Positions 11,424 to 24,644 of a DNA stretch of 64,000 nucleotides are shown here, in pieces. Below the pieces are notes generated by a model, which saw nothing but the letters and a program-made list of their open reading frames with translations, was not told the DNA's origin and did no database searches. A program made the position numbers and the translations under genes. The first letter of the stretch is position 1, and the number at the start of each line of letters is the position of its first letter. The DNA is from Octopus vulgaris (lineage: Eukaryota): the NCBI GenBank assembly GCA_951406725.2, contig OX597833.1:34782001-34846000 (forward strand), in the 5' to 3' direction.

Positions 11424-14360
11424 TTCTTTTGAGACACTAATTAAAAATTGAAAACTTTTGGTTTTTGAGTTCTTCCTTACTTTTCTTTGCAGTTTTGCCA
11501 GCTGTTGTTTTCTTTTTTATCATCTGCTCTGAATCGAATGACCTACCTGTTTATAAATACTTTCTCCTCTTTCTCGCAACCTCGAACTTTGAGCGGCTAT
11601 TATATAGAAGTATGGATATGTATTTCTATTTATGTGTGTGTATTTGCATTATGCCTCCTTTCCTCTTTCTCTCTCTTTAAGCACACACATAGACACACGC
11701 ACTCTCTTCCCCTCCGTCTCTCCCTCAATACTATTTTCTCTCTATCATTTTCTCCCAAATCACTTTATTTTGTCTTTCACGTCAGTTTTTGTCATTGGAT
11801 AAAATTCTTTCAGAGCTGGTGTCAACTTTTTTTTTATCTATTTATTCCTTCTTCATTGAGAAAATATAGTATGTGAGTGTATAAATTAGGGATACAAGCA
11901 GGAAATTGATTAGTAAGTTTCGTAAGTGCTAATGCACAAAACTTTCAGCCTTTGAGTCATTCTGTTACTTCTGCTGAATATTAAGAAAAATATACATATA
12001 CGAATGTGAGTGTATAGGTAATAAGGCAGATAAACAGAGTTGATTAATATGTAGGGATCTAGCTTGATCCTGCCTAAGATTTAAAACCGAATCCACCCGC
12101 TTGTTGCTGGTCAAAACGAGCGGGAAATCTTCTCCACACCAGATGATTGATGACGAAACACTCCAGCCCCTACTACCGGTGCTGGTCAAGGAAAGGTCAG
12201 TCCCTTGTTTAGGGTTTGATCTACATTACTGACCATATAACAGAATTTCTACCTGATAATGGCACCTCTACACATATCTTTAAATGGAGTGCAAAATACA
12301 TGAAATAAAGGATAAATATAGAGAAATTATAAGATGACATTACATAATTTCTTTATTTTATTATCTGTATTTTGTATTCCATATAAATATGTATATGGTA
12401 TCGAACCTAACTGTTTATCTACCTGACACCTTCCTAGCAGCATGATTTGAATTTCCTCTATAGCCACTCTCGATGCCATGGGCTTTGCCTTAGTAGATGA
12501 AGTCACCCAAATTTCCCAACTTTAATTCCAAATAACATCAGATTCTTTAATTTATGAGATAAAATAATTGGTTCATCGCAATCTGAGAAAAATTAAAGGG
12601 GGCTCATTTTGCAGATGAGAAAGACTAGATCCCAATTTGAGTTTACATCGTGTAATAATAATTTTATTACATATATAACACGTATGTATATGATACATAT
12701 ATAACAGAAAACGTCATTAAAATACAAATCTAAAAACAAACATGATCGAAGAAAGAGGAAAAAAGAAAAAAAAACATCGATTCAACACCGAGTGCCTCTA
12801 CTAGTGGCATTCCACGAGGTTCAACAGAACCCACTGAAGTAAAGCAGCATGCTCGCTGCATTATTATGGGCGATGGCGAGGCTAAGGTGTTGGAACAGCC
12901 AAACACCCTCACAAGCATCACCTGACGCCTCTGTAAGGCGAGCCGCCAAGGATGACAAGAACTTGGCTGTTAGCGGCCATTTGAGTCACGGATCCGAAGT
13001 TTCAAATTGTTTAGTTAACTAGAAATTGTGTTGAATTCCGTCCATCAAAAGGAAAAGATCCGAGAGCGTTGATAAAACACACACACACATACACATATAT
13101 ATATATATATATATATATAATGCCAAAAGTGTGTTTCGGATGGGTCACAGAGGGTCGTGATGACAGTCAGTGGGGTTGTCCTGGATTCTGATTGTTCAGA
13201 AATGTTATTTATAATTTCACTCGACTCGACTATTTTTTGTATCGCTGAAAATGCTCATTCTAAGTATGTTATGTAACTCTATATAAAAAAATAGCCTATT
13301 AGAGTTGTTTCCCTTTAATACACGAGCCAGTCAAACGTTGGTATTGCCCACGTAGCCTCGTTCTGGGAAATACGAGGCTCTATTTACTGCGACATACTAC
13401 CTTGTATGTGACAAGTCCGTCTCTTCTGTGCAGCTGTCAACTGGTACCACACACTTCGTCAGCAGTATTATTATTATTATTATTTTATTTTTGCCTTCTC
13501 TATTGAATTTCTTGGGTGGTGAAAATATCCTATCAGCTGTTATATCTTTTTTTTTTTTAAAGCTGAGTGAAGTCGATTAAAAAAGCCATACATACAGCAT
13601 CTATATGTATGTCTTTTAAAAAATACACCCTTCATTCTGATAAGATCAAGTGAGATTTTATTTCTTTCTCTTGTATTGTAAATAGTTTGTAAATAGTTTT
13701 CGTTTAATTTCGAAAACAGGCATTCCAAATTTAACCGAATTTCAGTTATCTATCCATCTATTTATAATAGATGCCTCTTTTTGCATATATCAACGCAAAA
13801 ATATATGTATTTATATGTAAATGTATATAAACATAGTTTTTGGCACATGGGTTAAAATTGGCACATATTCACAAGTTATTCCTTGTGTAAAAGAGGTTAA
13901 ATACAAATGCCACATCCTTTCCTGATTTGACTGTTGTCATCTGTGTGTGTGTTGTTATTCTGTTGTATCTACCAAATAATTTTTTTATTTTATCTGTTAC
14001 ATATCTGTACTTTAGTTCCTAGACAGTAGTCTTTTCTTTGTGTTGAGTATTTTTTTCTCTCCTATACTTCAGTTGACGTATCATTTAAAAATAAGGAACG
14101 ATGTAAGCCTAGGGAAAAAATTTAAAAGAGCAGAAATACATATACATTCATTGACATATACACACGGGTTCATACTTAATATGTACGTTCATCGACGGTT
14201 ATATGTATATAATACATATATACACGAAACGAAAACGAACTCTAAATAAAGGGTCTGAGGTGTGTAATGTTTTTGGTCTGTTATCTAATTAGCTGAAATT
14301 TCAACTCCGGTCCGACATCACTGACAGGTGCAATGATGAAGGCCAGCGCAGAACTGTGGC
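11424..14360. promoter_or_regulatory. Putative divergent promoter region between the LOTUS gene and TMEM170
   Basis: About 2.9 kb between two outward-facing start codons; CpG dinucleotides are retained here and scarce in both flanking gene bodies. No TSS can be fixed from sequence. Confidence 0.5.
12750..13005 (-). mobile_element. CRE-clade non-LTR retrotransposon 3' fragment
   Basis: Minus-strand translation PLTAKFLSSLAARLTEASGDACEGVWLFQHLSLAIAHNNAASML matches the CRE C-terminal FQRLSLAIQRGNA pattern; similar to 59192-59365. Confidence 0.7.
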
Positions 14361-14493
14361 ATGTTTGGAGGATGGCCGCTCTTTTGGTGTCTTGTTGATA
14401 TGAGTTCCAACGACGACTTTCAGCCGGATACTTTGGATACTGTTATTAATGTGTTTGGATTGACTCCCAAGGATCCACTTAACGGATTTTTGG
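14361..14493 (+). CDS. TMEM170: TMEM170 coding exon 1
   Basis: M...MSSNDDFQPDTLDTVINVFGLTPKDPLNGFL then G|GTAAGT, phase 1; joins AA at 33955 to give GAA and the conserved F-x-E-M-W-Y. Start is ATG 14361 or in-frame ATG 14400. Confidence 0.8.
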
Positions 14494-16179
14494 GTAAGTG
14501 GATTTTATTCAGACACAACTTGTCACCAAACTCCAACTACCTACCTCATGTCTTCGTTTTTCTTCCTAACACCCCAAGACGCACACATAAAAAAAATATA
14601 TATGCATGCACACACATTTATTGACACACGCACACTGTGTGGGAACTTTCGAAAAGTGCAGAGATCACTTTCCCTAATTCGTTCAAGGTGCATCTGAATC
14701 TTTCATTTAGACTTAAGGCCCTGTACACCAAATCGACTGTAAAAATCAAAAGATTGGCTTTAAAACTAGCGAGAAGATGCTCCTATATGAACTTATAACG
14801 AAACCCCACATATACAGACACCTAAATGAATGTGTGAGCGTGCAATGTATTCATACAGACACCCCTGCTAATATTTGCTATAACATTCTCCCTTCCCAGT
14901 TCTCCACCTTTTTTGTTTCACCTCTCTCCCAATCGATAGCTTCTAATCATCTAAATCTACCTACTGAACTTTTTTCGTATGTTTTTGTTTTGTTTGTTTT
15001 TATTGTACTAAACATTTTATATATTGTACTAATACTAAACATATATATTTTTGTTGTCATATAATGATATAAATCTCTCTCCTATATCACACACACCCAC
15101 CATCATCATCATCATCACACTCCAGATTTTATTTCCTAATGTTGTTTTAATACTCCTTTGAAGCGGACAATTTATGACAGTAAATTGGAGATGTTTACAT
15201 AGATATTCTATTTTGAACTTAGGAGGAGGCATCTTTTTTGCTCCCCGAGGATAAGGACGTAGACATTGTTAGGGAAAAGAGAGGAAATATAGTGAGAACA
15301 GTGATTCGCTCTTAGTTATCCTTGGATAATACCTTGTTGCAGCTATATCACGGCCAAATGTCCTTGGGAAATGTACGAACGCATTTCAGTCTTATTCTCT
15401 TCCTCCTGTTAGTCTTTGTTTCTATATTTTGTACTCTAGCAGTCTCAGTAAGGAATGGTAGTGATAATATCAGTTTGTTTCCTGGAGCTTTCTCTCCTGA
15501 ATAAAATCAGTGGTTTGTTAGAAAAATGTCATTTCTCTTTTTACTCATACTATTGGAACTAACTTTGTGTATTATTGTCCTAGATTCGACAGCATATATA
15601 CCAGTCATATACTATTTAATGAATTCAACAAGGAAATGTATTGTTGCTTACTATGTTGAGAGGAATTTACCAACCATACACTGGACTTCCATAATTTTGA
15701 CCTGCAATATGGTACATTGTCAAAATTGTTTTTATACACTCTTGTATGCCTCTTAACTGCCACTCAATATACATGCTTTTAAGCAACACTCCTTTGGCAG
15801 CACTCCTTTATATAAAGCTACTTAACTTTCTCTTTATTCTCTAATCTCAGTTCATACAACAACAAATTGAACTACACCTAATCTCTTGACTGCTTTGGAC
15901 TTTTGACTGCCAAATTTTTCACCTGCCATTACTTCTGATATGCTTTAAGATAAAATAAGGAAATTGGTGATAGTCTGTGTCAATAAGGCTGTGAGAAATC
16001 TCAAGATAAGAGGTAAAGCTCACATATTATAGATATAAGAAGTATAGAGTCTAACATTTCAAGCTTTACCCTTCAATAAAAATTGAAGAAAAGGTAAAAT
16101 AGTTTTTTGGTTGCTCTCTTAGCTTTCTAAACTTTTCAATCATCTGTTTTTACTCTCAGATATAACGGTTACCAACTCT

Positions 16180-16700
16180 TCCATTTGTATGGAAAGCTGT
16201 CTCACTAACCCTGCCAACTATCAACCTGTTACTCTTGTATTTAGCAGTTCAAAGTAACCAGACTAAGTTCTGCATAGTCAAATACATGTTTCCTCCGGAG
16301 ATCTCTCTTTTTACCAACAGTCTCTTAACTCTTGAACATTTCAGTGAGGGCAAAGTATTAGCCATTGACATAAGCAATGACTCTGTCTAGTATGAGAATC
16401 TGTTGGCAAAGCTTCTAATGAGTTTATATATTCATTGCAGCTCATGTTGACAAAATTCTCTCTCTCAATTCTGATGTATCTCGGACTTCCTTTTATCTTT
16501 CTTATACTCTTTTCCCCTGTGTGTTATTAGTTCTCTAACCATATATATATACAGATTATGCTACAGTGTACATCTATGTAGAAATCTTTTGCGCACACAG
16601 TGTTAACATCTCTTGGCAAGTATTCATTGTCTTCAACAGCTCCTCAATCTACAAAATATTAATTTGCTCTACACTACAAGAATAGTGCTGATGTACAAAC
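16180..16700 (+). mobile_element. Old degraded LINE RT remnant
   Basis: TNPANYQPVTL resembles the NYRPISL motif; otherwise riddled with stops. Confidence 0.4.
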
Positions 16701-17479
16701 ACTACTTGCATTCATAAGCATCATTCACTCGAAAAAAGTTTGTGAATAAAAACCTAATAGGCATTTATTCACCAACATTCTCTAACTATTTAGTCAAGTT
16801 TGAGTTGTAACCGCTCTCTTAAACTACTATAACAATGGCTGTTCTACATCTGAATCTGATGTTATTATATTAGCCCCACTTAACTTTACAGAATTTACTT
16901 CTGAACCTTTTTTTGTCTCATCCACTCAGTCTCTATACTAAGCTCTTTGTCCAATCTCTCTTCACTAAATTACATTTCTGTAGACACTTCTCTCTTTATC
17001 CATCACTTCAAAATTAACTTATAAGAATATTAACTTCCACAGCAAGGTGGCAGAATTGTTAGCTATGCTTAGTGGCATTTTGTCTGTCTTTGAGTTCAAA
17101 TTCTGCCAAAGCTGACTTTGCCTTTCATCCTTGTGCCAAAATTTGAAACCAATATTAACTCTCACAACTATTCTTGTATCCTTTTCTTGGAGTATAAAAA
17201 GTCATGAACATGACTTCTGAATTATGTACTCTCTCTTGAAATGGCTGAACTGATCAGTTATGGGCTGTGAATTCAGATCTTAAACAGTCAGTCAATAAAG
17301 ACACTTTATTCTATGTACTGCAGTTGACATTTATAAAATTTGTTTTAAAAAAAAACTATAATTGTAGCTCTTCACTTCAAGTATGGGCGACTTTATTGAT
17401 TCATCAGATGTGTGAAAAGATTAAATTCCATCCCTTCCAAATTCAATCTTTGTAATTCGGAAAATTATCAATATTGATT

Positions 17480-18175
17480 TCATATTTTCGCACAAGGCCA
17501 GTAATTTCAGGAGAGGGAGTTAAGTCAATTACATCAACCCCACTAATCAGCTGGTACTTATTTTATTGACCCCCCCCAAGGATGAAAGGCAAGGTTGACC
17601 TCAGTGGAATTTGAACTCAGAATGGGAAGATGGATGAAATGCACTAAGCATTTTGCCTGGTGTGCTAACAATTCTGCCATCTCGCTACCTTAATAATAAC
17701 AACAATATAAATAATAATAATAATGGTTTCAAATTTTTCCACAAGGGCAGCCATTTTGGGGGAGGGGATGAGTCAATTACGTCAACCCTAGTGTTTCACT
17801 GGTACTTAATTTATTGACCCCCAAAAGGATAAAAGGTAAAGTTGACCTCAGCAGAATTTAAACTCAGAACATAACAACGGGTGAAATGCTGCTAAACATT
17901 TTGTCCAGTGCACTAACGATTCTGCCAGCTTGCTGCCTTAATAAATTATGATAATGATGATGATTTCAAATTTTGAAACAAGGTCAGTAATTTTCGGGGA
18001 GCGTTAAGTCAATTACTTTGATCCCCAGTGATCGACTGATACTTGTTTTAGCACCACCAAAGAATGAAAGACATATTGACCTCAGCAGGATTTGAACTCA
18101 GAATGTTAAGATGGGCAAAATGCTTAGCAGCATTTTGCTTGGTGTGCTAACAATTTTGCCAGCTTGATGTCTTAG
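17480..18175 (-). mobile_element. Three tandem SINE family C copies separated by (TAA)n tails
   Basis: Repeated GGTACTTATTTTATTGACCCC...GGATGAAAGGCAAAGTTGACCTC...GAATTTGAACTCAGAA...ATTCTGCCAGCT units of about 220 bp. Confidence 0.8.
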
Positions 18176-18866
18176 CAAAATTATTAATATCAATTTTCAG
18201 CATAGACACAAAGTTTATGTTTCAGTGAGTGGGTTGGTGGGTGGAATATATGTTCCAAGAGAATAACGTAAATAAACCACCTTGGGTGGTAGAATTAATG
18301 TTTTGGTTAACACCACTTGGGGTTTTGGTGTCTTGAACAGAGTCCTATCTTTTGCAAGCATTCAGGCTAGGTGTCTAGTCTAAGAATAACTTTCTCCTAC
18401 CAGTTTGAAGGCTCTAAAAAAAGGAAACAAGTGCTACTCTTTTTCTTTAACCATATACATTCACATGCAAATATTACCCTACATACCAATGTATGCTACT
18501 TTCACTTTGAGATCTTTGGTACTCTTGTCAGGTATATATAGTCTTCAACAGTTGCTTGGTTTACAAAATGGTAAATTTGCTCCATGCTACAATATAAAAA
18601 GAATTTACACTATCGTAAAATAAATTAACAATCTGGAATAAAAACAAGAACCTAGTCTTGAATTTCTTTGAAGTGATCTATGTTGTTACACCATGGTTTT
18701 GATTCTCAGCTGGCGCATATTACATTTCTGTAAGTGATACTTGAATAACACTTGGTATTTATCCTACTTCATTATATATCTGATTCCTTATAACTATAGG
18801 GAAGGTAATGGCATAGTGGACAGCTAAACTCAATATTTTATCATATTTTGTATTTAGTCTCACCAC

Positions 18867-19080
18867 CATCATCATCATAATTTAAAATCCGTTTTCCATT
18901 CTGTCATGGGTTGGACAGTTTGACTGAAAACTGGTAAACTGAGGAGCTGCTCCTGGTTCCAACCTGATTTGGCATGGTTCAGATTGAAACCTGGTGCAAC
19001 TCCCCCAGCTTACCAGTTTTCAGTCAAACTGTCCAACCCTTGCCAGTATGGGAAACAGGCATTAAACGATGATGATGATG
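18867..19080. repeat. Fold-back of two inverted copies of a (GAT)n-tailed retroposon 3' end
   Basis: GGGTTGGACAGTTTGACTGAAAACTGGTAA versus TTACCAGTTTTCAGTCAAACTGTCCAACCC; (CAT)n on the left end and (GAT)n on the right end. Confidence 0.85.
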
Positions 19081-20787
19081 AGACTAAATACAAACATTCT
19101 TTAATTCAATTTAAACCAACTATTTTTCCCTCTTCGGAAAGAAATATGAACTGTTTTTTTTGTCTTACTGTTGTTATTTTTACTGTTATTGTTGTTGTAA
19201 TGTCATGACAACTAGTGAATAGTACCATACTGAGAAATCAACTGTTATTAGTTTTACCTTCCAGTTCTATTATTCAGACTCTTATTAGATATGTCTTTGC
19301 TGTTCGTTTTTCCAGAGTTAAGATATATTGATCAAGGCAATCAGCTATTTACATCCTTTATGAAAATGTGTAAGAACGGCTGCTATTATTAGATTAAATC
19401 TAATTAAAGAGAAACATACACAAGAAAGTAAAAACCAGAAATACACTCAGTGAATTGGCAGTTTCATTGGAGCATTGGCATAATGCCTTGTGTTTTTACT
19501 GATAGTAATTTATGTTCTGAGTTCAAACTCCATTGAAGCTAATCTAATCTTTCATCTTTCCAGGGTCAGTAAAAAAAATATTGTTGGACATCAATATAAT
19601 TTACTGTCTCCTCTTATCCAAATTTGTGGCTTATGGTCTATTAGAAACATTGAGGCATTCCTACATGTGTGATCCCACTTCCCTGACTTTGCTGCCTCAT
19701 AGCTTCCAGAAAAATGGATATTTATTTATTTTTTAATGAAGTTTTCCACAAATATGCTTCAGATGGTATAGATTCCAATTATACCAGAATTTATTATGAA
19801 AAATTTTTCCAAGGGTAGGGTGATGAGTTTTGGAAAATTCACATGAATTGGTTTTGTTTCCTCATGACTTTAAGGAAAATGGGAATTTTTTAATGAAATT
19901 TTCTATATATACCTTTCAGAGTATGTAGGTTATGATTATACCAGAATTTAATATGAAAAAAAAAAAAATTTGGTGGGCTCCTCCTGGGTTTTGATAAAAT
20001 GAAGTACCAATCAAGTACTGGTGCTGATGCCTTTGACTAACACCCTTTCTTCAAAATTCCTATGTTTGTGTCTAAATCAGAAACCATTCTTAGACGACCA
20101 GTGGATTGGCAGAACTCAAAGATCAATAGACAAAATATTTTCTGCATTTTGGCTTGTCCCTTTAGGTTTTGAGTTCAAATCTCTTTATGCATTGCATTCA
20201 ACTTTCTAACTATTTTGTTAATTCACTACTTTCTAATTTATTGACCCTAAAATGATGAAAGGCTAAATTGACCTTGGCAAAATTTGAACTCAGAGTGCAG
20301 AGAGTAAGAACACATACCACATGGCTTTCCATGTGACATTAACTTGGCCAATTTTTTACTTTAGACGGAGTACCAATAATCACGAGCAGTTAATTGGCAC
20401 ATCTGTAATGAGATACTTGACTCTGTGTGTTTTTCACCATCTCTCACACACACACACTTTATTAGGTCAAAGAGCTTTGTAAATTGAAATAGGTCTCTTT
20501 AAACTTACTGTGTAGTGAATTTCCTTAAATCTGACATACTTGAATTTGAATCCTATAGAATTACTATGTTTGTGTACGTGTACATCCAAAAAAATGACAA
20601 TGATATTTGCATTTGTTAGTATCTTAGCAACCATCTGAAAGAAATATTTATGTTACTGATTAAACTGTTTGATAATGAATTAGTATTTGTCACATGCATT
20701 GTATTTGATACTGATAATTTCAAGTTGCTTGGATGGATTAACAATGTAATGTAATCCCTTATTAGTTCTTGATACATGTTTAAGTGT

Positions 20788-21120
20788 GAAAGCACATGGC
20801 TCAGTGGTTAGAGCATCTGGCTCACAATCATGAGGTAGTGAATTCAATTCTCAGACTGGGCTGTGTGTTGTGTTTTAGAGCAGTACACCTTATTTCATTG
20901 TTCCAGTTCACCCAGCTGTAGAAGTGAATTGCAACGTCATTGGTGCCGAGATGTATCGGCCTTTCCCTTAGATAACATTGATGGCATGGAGAGGGAAGGC
21001 TGGTATGCATGGGCAACTGCTGGTCTTCCATAAACAACCTTGCCCGGACTTGTGCCTTGGAGGGTAACTTTCTAGGTGCAATCCCATGGTCATTCATGAC
21101 CAAAGGGGATCTTCAACTTT
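20788..21120 (+). mobile_element. tRNA-derived SINE, family B
   Basis: GGCTCAGTGGTTAGAGC head; body shared with 3960-4272 and 32050-32380. Confidence 0.85.
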
Positions 21121-22049
21121 TTTACACATTTAAGTGAAAATGATGAAAAGATGTAGCAATTGTTTTGTCCCTTCTTGCAGTATTTGAAGTTTTAATTGTA
21201 TTCTTTATATCTAAGAATCTCTTGTGGGTTTCTCTATGTTTATAGACAGAAATAAAAGATGAGATAATTGAGATAGAGTTGTAGTCGTGTAACTGTAGGT
21301 TAGACCTGATCAAGCAGACCTATGGCATATAGGTAGTCAGCTAAAAATGACTAGATGCAATCCATAGCTCTAGATACGCCACATCTGGTTACAGTGTATG
21401 CCACCCTGAACTAGAAGCATTCAAATTAGTCTTGTGGAATCCACTTCATGGTAGTGTAAGAAAAGGACAATGTTGTTACATTTACACTGGTTTGGAAGTG
21501 TGGTAGGTGGACTTTGTGGCTGCCACCTGGATTGGAACCCAACCATAATTAAATTAATAATAAATAATATGCTTCACCTTCTAGTTGTGGATCATATTGC
21601 CCAGTCTGATGTGCATTGGTATTTGTTGTTTATAAGATTGGAGCCTGGTGCAGCCATCTGGTTCTCCAGTCCTCAGTCAAATTGTCCAACCCACGCTAGC
21701 ATGGAAAGCAGATGTTAAACGATGATGATGATGAAGAGACATGTATCCTCTCCACTATTTATGACATTTCTGCACACCTGTGTAATCTTTGTTTAAAAGG
21801 AAGCATCTACAGGATCACTGAACCTATTAAATACTAGAAATAGTAGCCAAGTCATCCTCAAACTTGACCTTACTATCATAAGGGTTGAATATTCTGGTTA
21901 ACTCAGTCATGGATAGAATATGCTGTGAAAGATGATGAGATTATCTCAGCTAGAACACCGTTAGGAAGAAATGCCATATAAAACTGAAAGTTATGTATTA
22001 TGGGATATCATATAGTGAGGTGATGATGGTGCAGTTAGTAAAGTGAATA

Positions 22050-22460
22050 TATTTATTAACTATACAGAGCTTGTTCAACAAGCATTGAGTCAATGTTGCT
22101 GAAGCTTCAGTTATGCTGGACTGGCCATGTCATCAAAATGACTGACAGCTGTTTACAGTGACCTCATGCAGGGCTCACATAAACAAGGACACCCTGTAAA
22201 GCACCCTCAAATAGAATGACATTAATTCATGTCACCTTACATGCAGCAGCTGCCTTTGAAGAGAACCGGTGACAGTGTCTTGCTGCTGCAAGAGACAGAC
22301 ATCACAGGGTAGTGTCTACCTCGATCAAGATAACAGACTGTCATTGTGACACCTGTGAGCGTCTGTGTGCTTCCAGCTTTTGACCGTGGTGTCACATGGG
22401 CTCTCATCATTGAGAACACAGACGTTGTCATCATTGGACAACAATGGGCTACTGTCAATT
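22050..22460 (+). mobile_element. RTE-clade LINE 3' remnant
   Basis: LLKLQLCWTGHVIKMTD resembles the RTE LRWxGHVxRM motif; degenerate. Confidence 0.55.
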
Positions 22461-23112
22461 ACCTCTGTATACACTCTCTTTATAGCGGTGACTTTAAAAA
22501 TTTGTGATTTTAAATTTCTAGTTTTAAAGATATGGGAGAGATACAGGATGAAGGCTGCTAAATCTGGTGTGTTCGAGCTATTGTTCAACTCCAGGTCAGC
22601 CCTAGTCCATTGTTTTATGGGGATAAGCTTTACAGTTCTGACTATTTTGTAGTTTCCGGGTATGTCATATATCTTGAACTACATTAAAGTGGCTTTCCTT
22701 TTTTTAACAATCCTTGGGTATGATTTGAGGGTGATTTGGCTGTTATTTCGTTCAGGTTGAGTAATCATGTAAATATGGGTGTTTTGTTGTATAGCTATAG
22801 TCACCTTTCCTTAAACAGACATGTCAACTTTACTAGCATTCCAATGGTGGCCATCATTTCTTTTCATTATATTGTTTCACAGTTGATTTCTGTTGTATAT
22901 TCTTCCCATTTTAAAATTGATATGGAATGATTTGATGTCATTTGATTGTTGTTGCTAGCAGATCTAACAACCATATAGAGGCTACCTTATATGTGTATGG
23001 TTGATTGCCTGTGTATGATTATGCATTCAACACCAAGTTATTGAATTGGAAATCCATTCAGCAAACCAAGAGTTGGTCCCCAGATAATTATATTCAAAAT
23101 CTCTTTTTTGCA

Positions 23113-23450
23113 TCTTTTGTTTCAGTCATTAGAATGTGGCCATACTAGAGCACTGCCTTGAGGAATTTTAGTAGAACTATTCGACCCTGATACTTATTTT
23201 CTCTTTTAAGCCTGGTACTTATTCTGTCAGTCTATTTCACCAAACTACTAAGTTATGGGGACATAAACACACGGGTTGTCAAGCAGTAGTCAGTCTCTCT
23301 CTCTCTCTCTCTTGCACATGCAACTTCTTTCTGTTTCTGTCTACTAAATCCAGTTATAAGGCTTTGGTTGGCCTGGGGTTATAGTAAAAGACACTTGCCC
23401 AAGATACCATGTGATTGGAAGCAAGCTTCTTACCACATAGCCACATCTGC
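23113..23450 (-). mobile_element. SINE family A, diverged
   Basis: Reverse-complement match to family A with CpG-to-TpG decay. Confidence 0.7.
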
Positions 23451-24325
23451 ACTTATGAATAATCTTTTTTATGTGTTCAAATCTTTAGCTGTGTAAATTT
23501 TAATACATCAAACAAGCAGCCTTTAGATTTTGTTTTGTCACGACAGAGCTCTTTTGATTAATTTTGCTCACAACTCAATTAACTGGTTTTCAATCCAGAT
23601 GCAATTTCATCTTCATCACTGCTATCTTTGTCACTTCATTGTTATCTTAGCATTCATAACATTGTTGTTTCAAGTGAGTGCCATGATAGACAAGTTTTTC
23701 TTTATCCACAAGGACAGATTCTGTTTTATAAGCCTATTCGGTGTCTCCTTTTGTGATAGATTCTATAACACTGTTTTGCAAACTCTCTTTAGCTCATTGT
23801 CTGTGTATGTTTCAAGTGCTATAAAAGTACATTACTATGGAAACAAATCATTTCAAAATAATAAAAATGCTGATAATGATGATATGAGGACATATGGACA
23901 ATAACATTGAAAATAATAGTACACCTAGAACAGTAAAATAGAAATAATATTAATCATGATTATATTAAACAATAAACAGATGCCTATGCTTGTATGTGTG
24001 ACATCTGTTGCTCACTAAAATAACAGTAAGGATTTAAATTTTAAGGAAAGAAATATTCTTATGTAGGTTGTTCTTCCTAATGCTAACCACTCCACAGAGT
24101 GTACTGGGTGTTTTTTATGACACCAGCATCCACACCAATGCTTTTTACATGGCACCTTGGTTTTAAGGATCTCAATTCTCTTGTGGTGGGTGGGTGGGTG
24201 ATTTTATGTGGCACCTTGATTTTAGAATCTCAATACATGTGTATATGTCTATGTATGTACATGTATGAAAAATTATGTGCACACATTTATGCATAAATGT
24301 GGTATGTGTATATATGTATGTAACA

Positions 24326-24368
<43 letters not shown>

Positions 24369-24644
24369 CTAATGTTTTCCACTCCTAAAAGGCACAAGTA
24401 TAGACATCACTAAAGTGACTGAGGGTGCTAGTCAGCACCAGCATTGCTAGAAATAAGAGTCAGAACAGCTCTTAGCCACAGGGAAGCACTTAGCTAATGA
24501 GTGACAAGGGAGATAAGCTCCCTACAGCACTTAGGCAGAGCCAGATCATCAATTGATGATTTTGGATTTGATTAATCCTCATAAATGACTCTTATGTGTA
24601 TATCTAAAATTATATATATATCTTTATGCATCTGTATGTGCATA

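Noticed and set aside
12095-12235. Hairpin CCCGCTTGTT/AACGAGCGGG and TGATGA...CTGA, possible snoRNA or ribozyme
   Set aside because: No terminal stem or recognisable guide, and no complete hammerhead core; needs an Rfam scan.
20788-20870. tRNA-like sequence with A and B boxes
   Set aside because: It is a SINE head that continues into a repeated body; no acceptor stem.
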